The notes: a model not told the origin generated them from the letters alone. DNA of 32,000 nucleotides from Sinorhizobium meliloti (GCF_017876815.1 NZ_JAGIOS010000001.1:390001-422000), one strand, 5' to 3'. Positions 16,203 through 27,172 are shown, counted from the first letter of the stretch. Made by a program: numbers and translations.

Positions 16203-19112
16203 TTACGGCTTGAAGCCGAGCTCCCGCAGGGCAGCCGCGTCGCGCGCGGAGACGTCCGGATAGAGCGGATCGGAGCCGACATCGGTGGTGATTCGCCAGG
16301 AGCGGGCGCATTTGCGGCCCTCGGCGAGTTTCGGTACGACGCTGACTTTGGCGACGTCCGGCAGCCTGAACGCATCCTCCGGGCCATCGCCGCCGTCGAC
16401 TTCGATTGCCGAGGTGATGCAGATCTCGGCGAAGTCCTGGCCGTTGAGCGCCTGGAGCAGATCCGGATCGGCGACATGGACGGCCGGCGCCGCCTCCAGC
16501 GAAGAGCCGATGCGCTTTTCCTTGCGCTCGATCTCGAGCGCGCCGGTCACCACCTTGCGGACTTCGCGGATCTTCCGCCATTTCTCGGCGAGCGCGTCGT
16601 TGCGCCATTCCGCCGGGACCGTTGGGAACTGTTCGAGATGCACGGAGACGGCTTGCGGGTTGCGCGAAAGCCAGGCCTCCTCCGCGGTGAAGGGCAGCAT
16701 GGGTGCAAGCCAAGTCACCAGGCAATCGAAAAGGGTACGGATGACCTGCAGGGCCGCGCGGCGGCGCAGCGACGAAGGTGCGTCGCAGTAAAGCGCATCC
16801 TTGCGGATATCGAAATAGAAAGCCGAGAGTTCGACATTCGAGAAATCGATGAGCGCCCGGGCAATCCTCTTGAAGTCGAAGGCGTCGTAACCTTCGCGCA
16901 CCAGCCGGTCGAGTTCGGCAAGGCGATGCAGCATCAGCCGTTCGAGCTCCGGCATGTCGGAAAGCGCTACGACCTCGCCCTTGTCGTGGGCGAGCGTGCC
17001 GAGCATCCAGCGGATCGTGTTGCGCAGCTTGCGGTATGCGTCGATGTTCGTCTGGATGATGGTCTTGCCGAGGCGCTGGTCTTCCCAATAGTCCGTCGTC
17101 ATGACCCAGAGGCGCAGGATGTCGGCGCCGGCATCCTTCATCACCTCCTGGGGCGTGACGGTATTGCCCTTCGACTTCGACATCTTCTCGCCCTTCTCAT
17201 CCATGGTGAAGCCATGGGTGATGACGGCGTTGTAGGGGGCGCGGCCGCGCGTCGCGCAGCTTTCGAGCAGCGAGGAATGGAACCAGCCGCGGTGCTGGTC
17301 GGACCCTTCGAGATAGACGTCGGCCGGCCATTTCAGGTCCGGACGGTCCTCGAGCGTGAAGGTGTGGGTCGACCCGGAATCGAACCATACGTCCAGGATG
17401 TCCGTGACCTGGTGCCAGCGGGCATGATCGTGGTCGTTGCCGAGGAAGCGCTCTTTCGCGCCTTCTGCGAACCACGCGTCCGCTCCTTCCTTCTCGAAGG
17501 CTACGAGGATGCGGGCATTGACCTCGTCGTCCACGAGGATTTCGCCCTCATCGTCGGCGAAGATCGCGATCGGCACACCCCAGGCGCGCTGGCGCGAAAG
17601 CACCCAGTCGGGGCGCTGCTCGATCATCGCCCGGAGACGGTTCTGGCCGGCGCCGGGCACGAAACGGGTTTCGTCGATCGCGTTCAACGCGCGCGATCGC
17701 AGCGTCGTGCCGTCGCCGAAATCCTTGTCCATGGTGACGAACCATTGCGGCGTGTTGCGGAAGATGACCGGCTTCTTCGACCGCCAGGAATGCGGATAGG
17801 AATGCTTCAACCGGCCGCGCGCGAAGAGCGCGTGGCGGCCGATCAGAGCCTTGATGACGCGCTCATTGGCGTCACCCTTCTTGCCCTTGTCGTCGATGAC
17901 GCGGCCGGCGCCGCCTTCCGCATCCGGACCGAAACCGGGGGCGTCGGCGGTGAAATAGCCGGCATCGTCGACCGGGAACGGGATGGTGGACGAGATGCCG
18001 CGTTCCTCGAGGAGACGGACATTGTCCATCCAGGCCTCGAAGTCTTCGCGACCATGGCTCGGCGCCGTGTGGACGAAGCCGGTGCCGGCATCGTCGGTGA
18101 CGTGCTCGCCATCGAGGAGCGGCACGCTGAAAGCGTAGCCTCCGCCCAGGCCATGGAGCGGATGGGCGCAGGTGATCGCCGCCAGTTCGCCCGCTTCGAT
18201 ATCGCGCACGAAATTGAACGTGACCTTCGCCTTGGCCGCCGACTCGTCCGCGAGCCGCTTGGCGAAGATCAGCTTCTCGCCCGGCTGCGGGCCGTAGTCG
18301 TTCTCGGCGGTCGCGACCTCATAGAGCCCATAGGCGTATCGCGACGAATAGGCGATCGCGCGGTTGCCGGGGATCGTCCAGGGGGTTGTCGTCCAGATGA
18401 CGACAAAGGCGCCGGCAAGCGCTTCGGGCCCCTCGGTCACCGGGAACTTCACCCAGATCATGTCGCTTTCGACGTCGGCATATTCGACCTCGGCCTCGGC
18501 AAGTGCAGTCCGCTCGACGACGGACCACATGACCGGCTTCGAGCCGCGATAGAGCTGACCGGATCTGGCGATCTTCATCAGCTCGCCGGCGATGCGCGCT
18601 TCCGCGTGGAAGTTCATCGTGGTGTAGGGGTTTTCGAAGTCGCCCTCGATGCCGAGGCGCTTGAACTCCTCGGTCTGGATCCCGATCCAGCCGCTGGCGA
18701 ATTCACGGCATTCCTTACGGAACTCGTTGACCGGTACCTCGTCCTTGTTCTTGCCTTTCTCCCGGTACTTCTCCTCGATCTTCCATTCGATCGGAAGACC
18801 GTGGCAGTCCCAGCCCGGCACGTAATTGGCGTCGAAACCGCGCATCTGGAACGAGCGGTTGATCACATCCTTGAGGATCTTGTTCAGCGCGTGGCCGATA
18901 TGGATGTTGCCGTTGGCATAGGGCGGGCCGTCGTGCAGGACGAACTTCTCGCGTCCGGCAGCGGACGCGCGGAGCTTTTTGTAAAGCTCCATCTTCTGCC
19001 AGCGGGCGACGGTCTCCGGCTCCTTCTGCGGCAGGCCGGCCCGCATCGGAAAGTCCGTTTGCGGCAGGTAGAGAGTGGAAGAATAGTCGATCTTTTCAGC
19101 GGTCTCGGTCAT
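16203..19112 (-). CDS. ileS: Isoleucine--tRNA ligase
   Basis: 969 aa. HIGH motif [17 protein letters not shown] motif KMSKSKGN and a CP1 editing domain region. Confidence 0.97.
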   Translation of the reverse strand: MTETAEKIDYSSTLYLPQTDFPMRAGLPQKEPETVARWQKMELYKKLRASAAGREKFVLHDGPPYANGNIHIGHALNKILKDVINRSFQMRGFDANYVPGWDCHGLPIEWKIEEKYREKGKNKDEVPVNEFRKECREFASGWIGIQTEEFKRLGIEGDFENPYTTMNFHAEARIAGELMKIARSGQLYRGSKPVMWSVVERTALAEAEVEYADVESDMIWVKFPVTEGPEALAGAFVVIWTTTPWTIPGNRAIAYSSRYAYGLYEVATAENDYGPQPGEKLIFAKRLADESAAKAKVTFNFVRDIEAGELAAITCAHPLHGLGGGYAFSVPLLDGEHVTDDAGTGFVHTAPSHGREDFEAWMDNVRLLEERGISSTIPFPVDDAGYFTADAPGFGPDAEGGAGRVIDDKGKKGDANERVIKALIGRHALFARGRLKHSYPHSWRSKKPVIFRNTPQWFVTMDKDFGDGTTLRSRALNAIDETRFVPGAGQNRLRAMIEQRPDWVLSRQRAWGVPIAIFADDEGEILVDDEVNARILVAFEKEGADAWFAEGAKERFLGNDHDHARWHQVTDILDVWFDSGSTHTFTLEDRPDLKWPADVYLEGSDQHRGWFHSSLLESCATRGRAPYNAVITHGFTMDEKGEKMSKSKGNTVTPQEVMKDAGADILRLWVMTTDYWEDQRLGKTIIQTNIDAYRKLRNTIRWMLGTLAHDKGEVVALSDMPELERLMLHRLAELDRLVREGYDAFDFKRIARALIDFSNVELSAFYFDIRKDALYCDAPSSLRRRAALQVIRTLFDCLVTWLAPMLPFTAEEAWLSRNPQAVSVHLEQFPTVPAEWRNDALAEKWRKIREVRKVVTGALEIERKEKRIGSSLEAAPAVHVADPDLLQALNGQDFAEICITSAIEVDGGDGPEDAFRLPDVAKVSVVPKLAEGRKCARSWRITTDVGSDPLYPDVSARDAAALRELGFKP

Positions 19113-19394
19113 GGTTTTCGCATTCGTCTTTTCCGCGCGGGGCAGTCACGCAGGCGGAAGGGTTCGGTAATCTCGAAGATGAATGGGGGCGTTGAAACGC
19201 CGAAATCCCGGACCTTCCGGCGCAGACTAGAGCGCGCGGAAAGCCGGGCCAATAATTCGCTGATCGATGATCACTCGATGGAACCGGGTCATGTGGCCGG
19301 TTCTTTAAGGCGTTTTCCGCCTTTTGAAAAGGTCCGCCGGCCGCACATGCCCGAATTCTTTGACGCATCGGGTGGCACAGGGCCCTGGCGCCGC

Positions 19395-20378
19395 TCAGGC
19401 GAAATTGAGCCTGCGGTCGATCCCGCTCAGGGGCTGGACGCCCGCAAGCAGCGCGCGCGCCTCGCTCTCGTCCTTGCGCATCTGGACCATCAATGGCTCC
19501 AGACCGTCGAACTTGAGTTCGTCGCGCAATCGGCCGAAGAAGGATACGGCGCAGATCTCGCCGTAGAGATCCGCGGAGAAATCGAAAACGAAGGTCTCCA
19601 GCAGGGCTTCGCCGTCGCTGTCGACGGTCGGGCGACGGCCGAAGCTTGCGACACCGTCATGGAGCGACCCGTCCGCCCTGCGGAAACGCACCGCATAGAT
19701 GCCGCTTTTAAGCTCCGCCTCTGGCGGCAGGCGCATGTTCGCGGTCGGATAGCCGAGCGTGCGGCCGAGCTTCTTGCCGTCGATGACTTCGGCTTCGACC
19801 GTATAGCGATAGCCAAGCAGCCCGGCCGCGTGCGGAACGTCGCCGTCGGCGAGCAGGGAGCGAATGAAACTCGAGGAAATCACGGCGGCGTTTTCGTCGC
19901 GGAAGGCATCCACGAGCGTCACGCCGAATCCCTCGCGCTCCCCGGCCGCCATCAGGAAGGCCGGCCCGCCTTCCCGCCCCTTGCCGAAATGGAAATCGAA
20001 ACCGGTGACGACATGGGAGGCGTGCAGCCATTCGCGAAGGATGCTATGAATGAAGTCGGAGGCCGAAAGCTCCGAAAAGCTCCGGTCGAAGGGATATTCG
20101 ATGACGGCCCCAAAGCCCATTCCCTCGAGGATGCGGGCTTTCAGCGGTGCCGGGGTGAGGCGGAATACCGGCGTGTCGGGCCGGAACACGGTACGCGGAT
20201 GCGGCTCGAAGGTGAGCACGAGCGCCGGAACGGCCCGCTTCACGGCCTCCTCCAGCGCGCGGTTCAGCACCGACTGATGGCCGCGGTGCACGCCGTCGAA
20301 ATTGCCGATCGCGACCACACCGCCGCGAAGATGTTCGGGCAGCGGATCGCGGGTCTCGTTGCGGTGAAAAACGGTCAT
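19395..20378 (-). CDS. ribF: Bifunctional riboflavin kinase / FMN adenylyltransferase
   Basis: Listed ORF 19395..20432. The likely start is Met19 (MTVFHRNETRD...), giving 327 aa. Motifs are AIGNFDGVHRGH, GYPTAN and the C-terminal kinase region FRRADGSLHDGVASFGRRPT. Confidence 0.92.
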   Translation of the reverse strand: MTVFHRNETRDPLPEHLRGGVVAIGNFDGVHRGHQSVLNRALEEAVKRAVPALVLTFEPHPRTVFRPDTPVFRLTPAPLKARILEGMGFGAVIEYPFDRSFSELSASDFIHSILREWLHASHVVTGFDFHFGKGREGGPAFLMAAGEREGFGVTLVDAFRDENAAVISSSFIRSLLADGDVPHAAGLLGYRYTVEAEVIDGKKLGRTLGYPTANMRLPPEAELKSGIYAVRFRRADGSLHDGVASFGRRPTVDSDGEALLETFVFDFSADLYGEICAVSFFGRLRDELKFDGLEPLMVQMRKDESEARALLAGVQPLSGIDRRLNFA

Positions 20379-20391
20379 GCCGATCGTCCCG

Positions 20392-21240
20392 TCATGCCAG
20401 CCGCGGCATCCACCATTTCGGCTGGGCCCCATTCTGCCTCAGAAAGGCCATGAGCCTGGCTTCGTCGGTCCGGCTTTCGTGCATGTATTCCTGCGCATGG
20501 ATGCCCGCGCTGATGTAGAGCAGGTCGAAGCCGGCATCCTGTGCGCCCTTGACGTCGGTCGGCATCCCGTCGCCGATGGCGATGACGCGCGAAAGATCGA
20601 AGGCACCCCTGGCGGCCTTGGCCTCCGCGAGAGCGGCGCGATAGATCGCGATATAGGGCTTGCCGGCAATGCGGGCCTCGCCGCCGAGCTCTTCATAGAG
20701 TTTGGCGATGGCACCGGCACAGGGGATGAGCCTATGTCCGCGCTCCACGACGAGATCGGGGTTGGCGCAGATGAACGGTATTTTCCGCTTGGCGAGCCCC
20801 GTCAGCGTCGCGCGGTAGTGCTCGGGCGTCTCGGTCTCGTCATCGTAGAAGCCGGCGCAGACGATCGTCTCGGCCTCGTCGGCGGATACGATCTCGGTGC
20901 CGAGCCCTTCAAGCAGCGGCAGATCCCGGTCCGCCCCGATAAAGAAGATGCGATTGTCGGCCGCCGCGATCAGCGCCTGCGTCACGTCCCCGGAAGTGAC
21001 GATACGGTCATAGGCTTCGTCGGGGACGCCGAGGCCGCGGATCTGCACCGTGACGCCCGGATGCGGCCGGGGTGAATTGGTGATGAGAACGACGGTGAGC
21101 CCCTGGGCGCGCGCCTCGGCCAGCGCTTCGCAGGCGGATGCAAAGGCTTGAATGCCGTTGTGAAGCACACCCCAGACGTCGCAAAGGACAACGTCGTAGC
21201 GACCGGCGATTTCCCGAAAACTGTTGATCCTGACGGCCAT
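20392..21240 (-). CDS. HAD-superfamily class IIA hydrolase (TIGR01459-like)
   Basis: Listed ORF 20392..21300. The likely start is Met21 (MAVRINSFREIAGRYDVVLCDVWGVLHNG), ATG at 21238-21240. Contains the DxWGV.HNG motif and a C-terminal IGDGMPTDVKGA. Confidence 0.8.
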   Translation of the reverse strand: MAVRINSFREIAGRYDVVLCDVWGVLHNGIQAFASACEALAEARAQGLTVVLITNSPRPHPGVTVQIRGLGVPDEAYDRIVTSGDVTQALIAAADNRIFFIGADRDLPLLEGLGTEIVSADEAETIVCAGFYDDETETPEHYRATLTGLAKRKIPFICANPDLVVERGHRLIPCAGAIAKLYEELGGEARIAGKPYIAIYRAALAEAKAARGAFDLSRVIAIGDGMPTDVKGAQDAGFDLLYISAGIHAQEYMHESRTDEARLMAFLRQNGAQPKWWMPRLA

Positions 21241-21439
21241 GCTGGCTTCCTGCAAACTCGGCTTTCCGGCTGACATCGCAAGGAAGGGGCAAGAATACAA
21301 GCCTTACGCCGAGAAAAACGCGGCACTTCCCAAGGATTTTAAAGCAATTCCGGGAAGCGGCGCGTTGAAGCTCCGGTCGGTTTTGTCGGCGCGCATGGCG
21401 ATGCGCTTGAATTCCTCGAGTGCCGACTGCGCGGCCTAT

Positions 21440-21473
21440 TGCATGTTTCCTTTGGCAGGAAACGGATCCTGCA
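21440..21473. repeat. Short imperfect palindrome related to the 6647-6734 element
   Basis: TGCATGTTTCCTttggcAGGAAACggatccTGCA. The 14-mer TGCATGTTTCCTTT (21440-21453) is identical to the reverse complement of 6704-6717. Confidence 0.4.
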
Positions 21474-21553
21474 GTCTCGCCTCTTCCAGGGATGTGGTAA
21501 TCAAACAAGCCGCGGCGGGAAGGCGGGCGCGGCTTCCACGGCTGTCCCTCCGT

Positions 21554-22381
21554 TCATGGCCTTTTCCCCTTTCCGCCATGCGATACCCAGTCGTGCTTTT
21601 CCTGCGTCGCATCACGCGCCCAGCGATAGAGCGCATCATAGATCGTCATCCCCGCCTCGAGCTGTTCGAGATCATCGGCATACATGCGCGATAGGCCGAG
21701 TGAAACGGCAAGCAGCCCCGCCGCCTCCGGTTCCAGTTCGCGCCTGTCCGTGTCGGCGCCGCGGACGATACGGGCGACGTGCTCCAGCGCGGGGAACGAG
21801 AGACCGAATTCCTTGACCATCGTGTCGAAGGTGCATTCCTCGCCGCGATGGCTCCAGAAGACGCCCTCGATGTCGAACGGCGTCGCACCGAAGCGCTCGC
21901 CGACCGCCTCGACCTCCGCCGGCGTGACATAAAGAAACCGGGCACGCGGGTCGACGAAGCGCCGGATCAGCCAGGGGCAGGCTATGCGGTCGATCTTCGG
22001 CCGCGATCGGGTCACCCAGACGGATCCCCCCGCAGGGTCTGAATTCGGAAGGCTTGCGACCGGAACGAGCGGCAGTCCCGCGGCCCGCCACGCTTCGATA
22101 CCGCCGTCGAGTATCTCCGCAGCCGCGCCTGCATGACGCAGCCATGCGGCGGCACCCTCGCTGAGTTTGCCGCCGTGCTTGCAGAGCACGACAACCCAGC
22201 CGCCGCGGTATTCCTCGGCCCATTGCGGCACGTGAACATGGCCGCGATGGAAGGAGCCCGGCACGAGATGATGATCGGCTGCGAAGTCGTCGTCATCGCG
22301 CACATCGATGACGACGGGCGCCTTGGGAGTACCAACGAGACGAGCGAGTTTTTCGGATGAGATGGAGTTGAACGATGCCAT
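21554..22381 (-). CDS. Rhodanese domain / ChrB C-terminal domain fusion protein (sulfurtransferase / chromate-resistance-like)
   Basis: The N-terminal roughly 100 aa are rhodanese-like, with active-site loop CKHGGKLS. The C-terminal part (WVTRSRPKIDRIACPWLIRRFVDP...FLYV...FDIEG..WSHRGEECTFDTM) matches my memory of the ChrB_C domain. Confidence 0.8.
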   Translation of the reverse strand: MASFNSISSEKLARLVGTPKAPVVIDVRDDDDFAADHHLVPGSFHRGHVHVPQWAEEYRGGWVVVLCKHGGKLSEGAAAWLRHAGAAAEILDGGIEAWRAAGLPLVPVASLPNSDPAGGSVWVTRSRPKIDRIACPWLIRRFVDPRARFLYVTPAEVEAVGERFGATPFDIEGVFWSHRGEECTFDTMVKEFGLSFPALEHVARIVRGADTDRRELEPEAAGLLAVSLGLSRMYADDLEQLEAGMTIYDALYRWARDATQEKHDWVSHGGKGKRP

Positions 22382-22526
22382 GATACGACGTCCTTTAGAT
22401 CGTTAGCGGACGCGAAATTCCGGCATGGCGCCTCGTGAGGCATTCGCTTACCCCATGGCACTCATCAAACAAAAGTGCGGCCGGTCTGTCAACGATCATG
22501 GCCGGCAAAAAATCTCGGAGCCTATC

Positions 22527-22558
22527 CTTGACTCATTTCACGGCCAGCCTTATCTCGG
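22527..22558 (+). promoter_or_regulatory. groESL heat-shock (RpoH/sigma32-type) promoter candidate
   Basis: CTTG (22527-22530), an 18-nt spacer, then CTTATCTCGG (22549-22558). This fits the alphaproteobacterial consensus CTTG-N17-18-CYTATNTNNG as I recall it. It also resembles the CTTGAC-N17-CTATAT housekeeping type. Confidence 0.55.
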
Positions 22559-22564
22559 CTGGCG

Positions 22565-22591
22565 CTAGCACTCGCTTGATATGAGTGCTAA
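22565..22591 (+). promoter_or_regulatory. CIRCE operator (HrcA binding inverted repeat)
   Basis: CTAGCACTC-N9-GAGTGCTAA, against the consensus TTAGCACTC-N9-GAGTGCTAA (one mismatch). It lies about 59 nt upstream of the groES ATG. Confidence 0.85.
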
Positions 22592-22649
22592 CACCCATCT
22601 GGCGGGTCCATCCGTGACCCGCAGTGTCATTTGATCGAGGGATTAGACA

Positions 22650-22946
22650 ATGGCAAGCACCAATTTCCGTCCGCTGCACGACCGCGTTGTCGTCCGCCGC
22701 GTCGAGTCTGAAGAAAAGACCAAGGGCGGCATCATCATTCCGGACACCGCTAAGGAAAAGCCGCAGGAAGGCGAAATCGTGGCTGTCGGTTCGGGTGCCC
22801 GTGACGAAAGCGGCAAGGTTGTTCCGCTCGACGTGAAGGCTGGCGACCGCATCCTGTTCGGCAAGTGGTCCGGCACCGAAGTCAAGATCAACGGCGAAGA
22901 CCTTCTGATCATGAAGGAAGCCGACATCATGGGTGTCATCGGCTGA
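22650..22946 (+). CDS. groES: Co-chaperonin GroES
   Basis: [47 protein letters not shown], a canonical Cpn10. GAGG RBS. Confidence 0.97.
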   Translation: MASTNFRPLHDRVVVRRVESEEKTKGGIIIPDTAKEKPQEGEIVAVGSGARDESGKVVPLDVKAGDRILFGKWSGTEVKINGEDLLIMKEADIMGVIG

Positions 22947-22979
22947 TCGCCGGCAACCCTTCAAACTTCCGCAATTTGA

Positions 22980-24659
<1,680 letters not shown>

Positions 24660-24695
24660 TAAGGCGACAGCCTTAGCACGATCCATCCGGATCTG

Positions 24696-24726
24696 AAGGG
24701 CGGCTCTCGAGCCGCCCTTTTTGTTT
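24696..24726 (+). terminator. Rho-independent terminator of groESL
   Basis: Stem AAGGGCGGC (24696-24704) pairs with GCCGCCCTT (24711-24719) around a 6-nt loop, followed by TTTTTGTTT. Confidence 0.8.
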
Positions 24727-24909
24727 AACGCCGCCGGCCACGAAGCAGAGATCGCGAAGGCCGCCAGCGGTTTCCATGTTCGGCGCTTACCGCTTCCATT
24801 TGGTTTCCGTAGGTCTTATTGCTCCGGCCCCCGCCACAATCCGCGGAAATATAAGTTGGCTGCCACGTCTGGCCCTCGGGAGGGGCCGTTGCCGCGGAGA
24901 AATCCGGCT

Positions 24910-25012
24910 GGCTCTCGCTTCCAGTTATGCAGTCTGCCGACGGCATCGTTCGGGATAGGTGAAGGTCAAGCCGCTTGTCGTCTCCCCCACAAGGGGGAGA
25001 ATATTTGCGGCG
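24910..25012. repeat. Tandem repeat unit A (103 nt) in the groEL-downstream non-coding region
   Basis: It starts GGCTCTCGCTTCC. It contains TGCCgacGGCA and a perfect 8-bp hairpin TCTCCCCCacaaGGGGGAGA (24981-25000). Confidence 0.65.
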
Positions 25013-25096
25013 GGCTCTCGCTTCCGCTTCTGCGTTCTGCCCGTGGCATCGTTTGGGCATGTGAAGTCAAAACCGCTTATCTGCCCCAAGGCAATG
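25013..25096. repeat. Tandem repeat unit B (diverged copy of unit A)
   Basis: It starts GGCTCTCGCTTCC, exactly 103 nt after unit A. 36 of the first 45 positions are identical in an ungapped alignment (hand count). Similarity continues with small gaps (GTGAAG, TCAA, CCGCTT). The distal hairpin is degenerate (TGCCccaaGGCA). Confidence 0.65.
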
Positions 25097-25159
25097 GTCC
25101 CGCGAGAGGATCAGATGGTATATGCCCTAGTTGCAGCGCAGACGGCGGCATCGCGGCTA

Positions 25160-26386
25160 CTATACAAGCAATGCCTTCAGATCGACCTGCGGATCCGCGA
25201 GCAGCAAACGGTCCGGCGTGGCCCCCGCCTCGAGAAGCTTCTTCCCCGTCACATAGGCCTTGGCGTCGTTGATCGCATCGACCGCGATCAGTTTGCCCTG
25301 GCGGAAATACCAGACCGAGACGCTGCCCTGACGCTGGCCCTGGCGGACGAGCGTTTCGTCGTGGCCGAGGCCGAAGCCGGCGATCTGCAGTTTGACGTCG
25401 TACTGGTCGGACCAGAACCATGGCTTCGGATCGTAGGGATCGGTGCCGCCCGCAAGAACCGCGGCAACCGCTTCCGCCTGATCGACGGCATTCTGCACGG
25501 ATTCGAGGCGGATTCGCATGCCGTCCCACGGCAGGACGGCGCAGTCGCCCATGGCGACGATCGTTGGATCGGAGGTCCGGCCATGGCTGTCGACGACAAT
25601 GCCATTTGCGGTTTCGATGCCGGCTTCGTGCGCCAGCGCATCATTCGCCGCCACGCCGATGCCGACGATCACGATGTCGACGGGAATGACGGAGCCGTCG
25701 GAGAGTTCCGCCGCCGTCACGCGGCCGTTGTCGCCGATCAGACGATGGAGCCCGGTGCGCTCACGTATGTCGACGCCGTGAGAGCGGTGGATTTCGCGGA
25801 CGATCGCCGAGGTGGCGGCGGAGGCGACGCGCTGAAGGATCCGATCGGCCATTTCGATGACCGTGACCTCAAGCCCCGAAGTCCGGGCAACCGCCGCAGC
25901 CTCGAGGCCGATATAACCGCCACCGACGACCAGCACCCGCCGGCCGGGCTGCATCTCCTCTGCCAGCCGATCGGCATCCCGGAAATCGCGCACGACGAAA
26001 ACGCCCGCGAGATCGCCGCCCACCGCAGCCGGCAGCCGGCGCGGCGTGGCGCCGGTCGCGAAGGCAAGCGTCTCATAGGTGAGCATCGAGCCGTCGCTCA
26101 GCGCTACCTGCTTTGCGAGACGATCGACCCGCGTCACCGTCGTGGAAAGGCGAATGTCGATCTCGTGCTCCGCATACCAGGCCTCCGGCCGGTAAAGCAG
26201 GCGATCGAGGGTCATTTCGCGCAACAGGTATTTCTTGGAGAGCGGCGGCCGCTGGTAGGGCAGGCTCGCTTCGGCGGCGACGACGGTGATCGGACGCATG
26301 TCCTTGAGGGCGCGAAGCTTGGCGACCAAAGCGAATGCGGCTTGACCGCCACCGACAACAACAAGTCTTCCCGACACCTGCTCCAC
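25160..26386 (-). CDS. FAD-dependent NAD(P)H:ferredoxin/rubredoxin reductase-like oxidoreductase
   Basis: Two Rossmann dinucleotide motifs, VVVGGGQAAF (FAD) and VLVVGGGYIGLEAA (NADH), plus the conserved AMGDCA and a C-terminal reductase dimerisation region. The listed start is GTG at 26386. A second GTG at 26377 has a better SD (GAGG). Confidence 0.85.
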   Translation of the reverse strand: MEQVSGRLVVVGGGQAAFALVAKLRALKDMRPITVVAAEASLPYQRPPLSKKYLLREMTLDRLLYRPEAWYAEHEIDIRLSTTVTRVDRLAKQVALSDGSMLTYETLAFATGATPRRLPAAVGGDLAGVFVVRDFRDADRLAEEMQPGRRVLVVGGGYIGLEAAAVARTSGLEVTVIEMADRILQRVASAATSAIVREIHRSHGVDIRERTGLHRLIGDNGRVTAAELSDGSVIPVDIVIVGIGVAANDALAHEAGIETANGIVVDSHGRTSDPTIVAMGDCAVLPWDGMRIRLESVQNAVDQAEAVAAVLAGGTDPYDPKPWFWSDQYDVKLQIAGFGLGHDETLVRQGQRQGSVSVWYFRQGKLIAVDAINDAKAYVTGKKLLEAGATPDRLLLADPQVDLKALLV

Positions 26387-26464
26387 CTCAATCGTCTCTG
26401 CTCATCGCTATCCTCCCGGCCGGCGTCCGGTCAATCTCCGGCCGGAAGGCTCCGCGCTCTTGAT

Positions 26465-27172
26465 CTACTCCTTGCGCGGGATCTCCATGCCCTTCTGGGC
26501 CGCAGGGCGTGCCAGGCCGCGATCCACCCAGTCCATGACATTCGGGAAGCTCTTATAGTCGAGCACCTCGGCGCCACCATAGAACTTCCGCGCCCCTTCC
26601 ACCCAGGGATAGGTCGCGATGTCGGCGATGGTGTATTCCTCCCCCATCAGCCATTGACGGCCCTCGAGCCGCGCTTCGAGGACGCCGAGAAGACGCTTCG
26701 CTTCGTCGCGATAGCGTTGAACGGGATAGGGGTTGTTGGCGACCTTGTCGGCGGCAAATTTGAAGAAATGGCCGAACTGCCCGAACATCGGTCCGATGCC
26801 GCCCATCTGGAACATGACCCAGCACAGCGTCTCGTAGCGGCGGGCCGCGTCCGCCGGAAGGAGTTTGCCGGTCTTTTCCGCAAGATAGATCAGGATCGCG
26901 CCGGATTCGAACAAGCCGATCGGCTTTCCGTCCGGTCCGTTCGGATCGATGATCGCCGGAATGCGGCCGTTCGGATTGAGCGACAGGAATTCGGGCGACT
27001 TCTGCTCGTTGGTATCGAAGGAAATGCGGTGCGCCTCATAGGCCAGGCCCAGTTCTTCGAGGGCAATCGAGACCTTCACGCCATTCGGCGTCGGGAGCGA
27101 ATAGAGCTGGATGATATCGGGATTTTTCGCCGGCCAGCGTGCCGTGATCGGAAACGAGGAAAGATCAGCCAT
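26465..27172 (-). CDS. Nu-class glutathione S-transferase (YfcG/YghU-like)
   Basis: Listed ORF 26465..27274. The likely start is Met35 (MADLSSFPITARWP...), ATG at 27170-27172. LYSLPTPNGVKVSIALEELGL...NPNGRIPAIIDPNG...LFESGAILIYLAEKTG closely parallels E. coli YfcG/YghU as I remember them. Confidence 0.85.
   Translation of the reverse strand: MADLSSFPITARWPAKNPDIIQLYSLPTPNGVKVSIALEELGLAYEAHRISFDTNEQKSPEFLSLNPNGRIPAIIDPNGPDGKPIGLFESGAILIYLAEKTGKLLPADAARRYETLCWVMFQMGGIGPMFGQFGHFFKFAADKVANNPYPVQRYRDEAKRLLGVLEARLEGRQWLMGEEYTIADIATYPWVEGARKFYGGAEVLDYKSFPNVMDWVDRGLARPAAQKGMEIPRKE

Noticed and set aside
16476-20453. A 1325-aa ORF on the plus strand spanning ileS, the 282-bp spacer and ribF.
   Set aside because: It is exactly antisense and in the same codon register as both real genes (16476, 16203 and 19395 are all 0 mod 3). 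In that register, antisense stops arise only from sense TTA/CTA/TCA codons, which are rare in this GC-rich genome. The product is compositionally odd (Arg/Ala/Gly/Asp-rich) with no recognisable motifs. It is a shadow ORF.
21304-21396. A 30-codon minus-strand ORF in the 313-bp spacer.
   Set aside because: There is no clear RBS and no recognisable family, so it cannot be distinguished from chance. It is mentioned only as part of the spacer finding.
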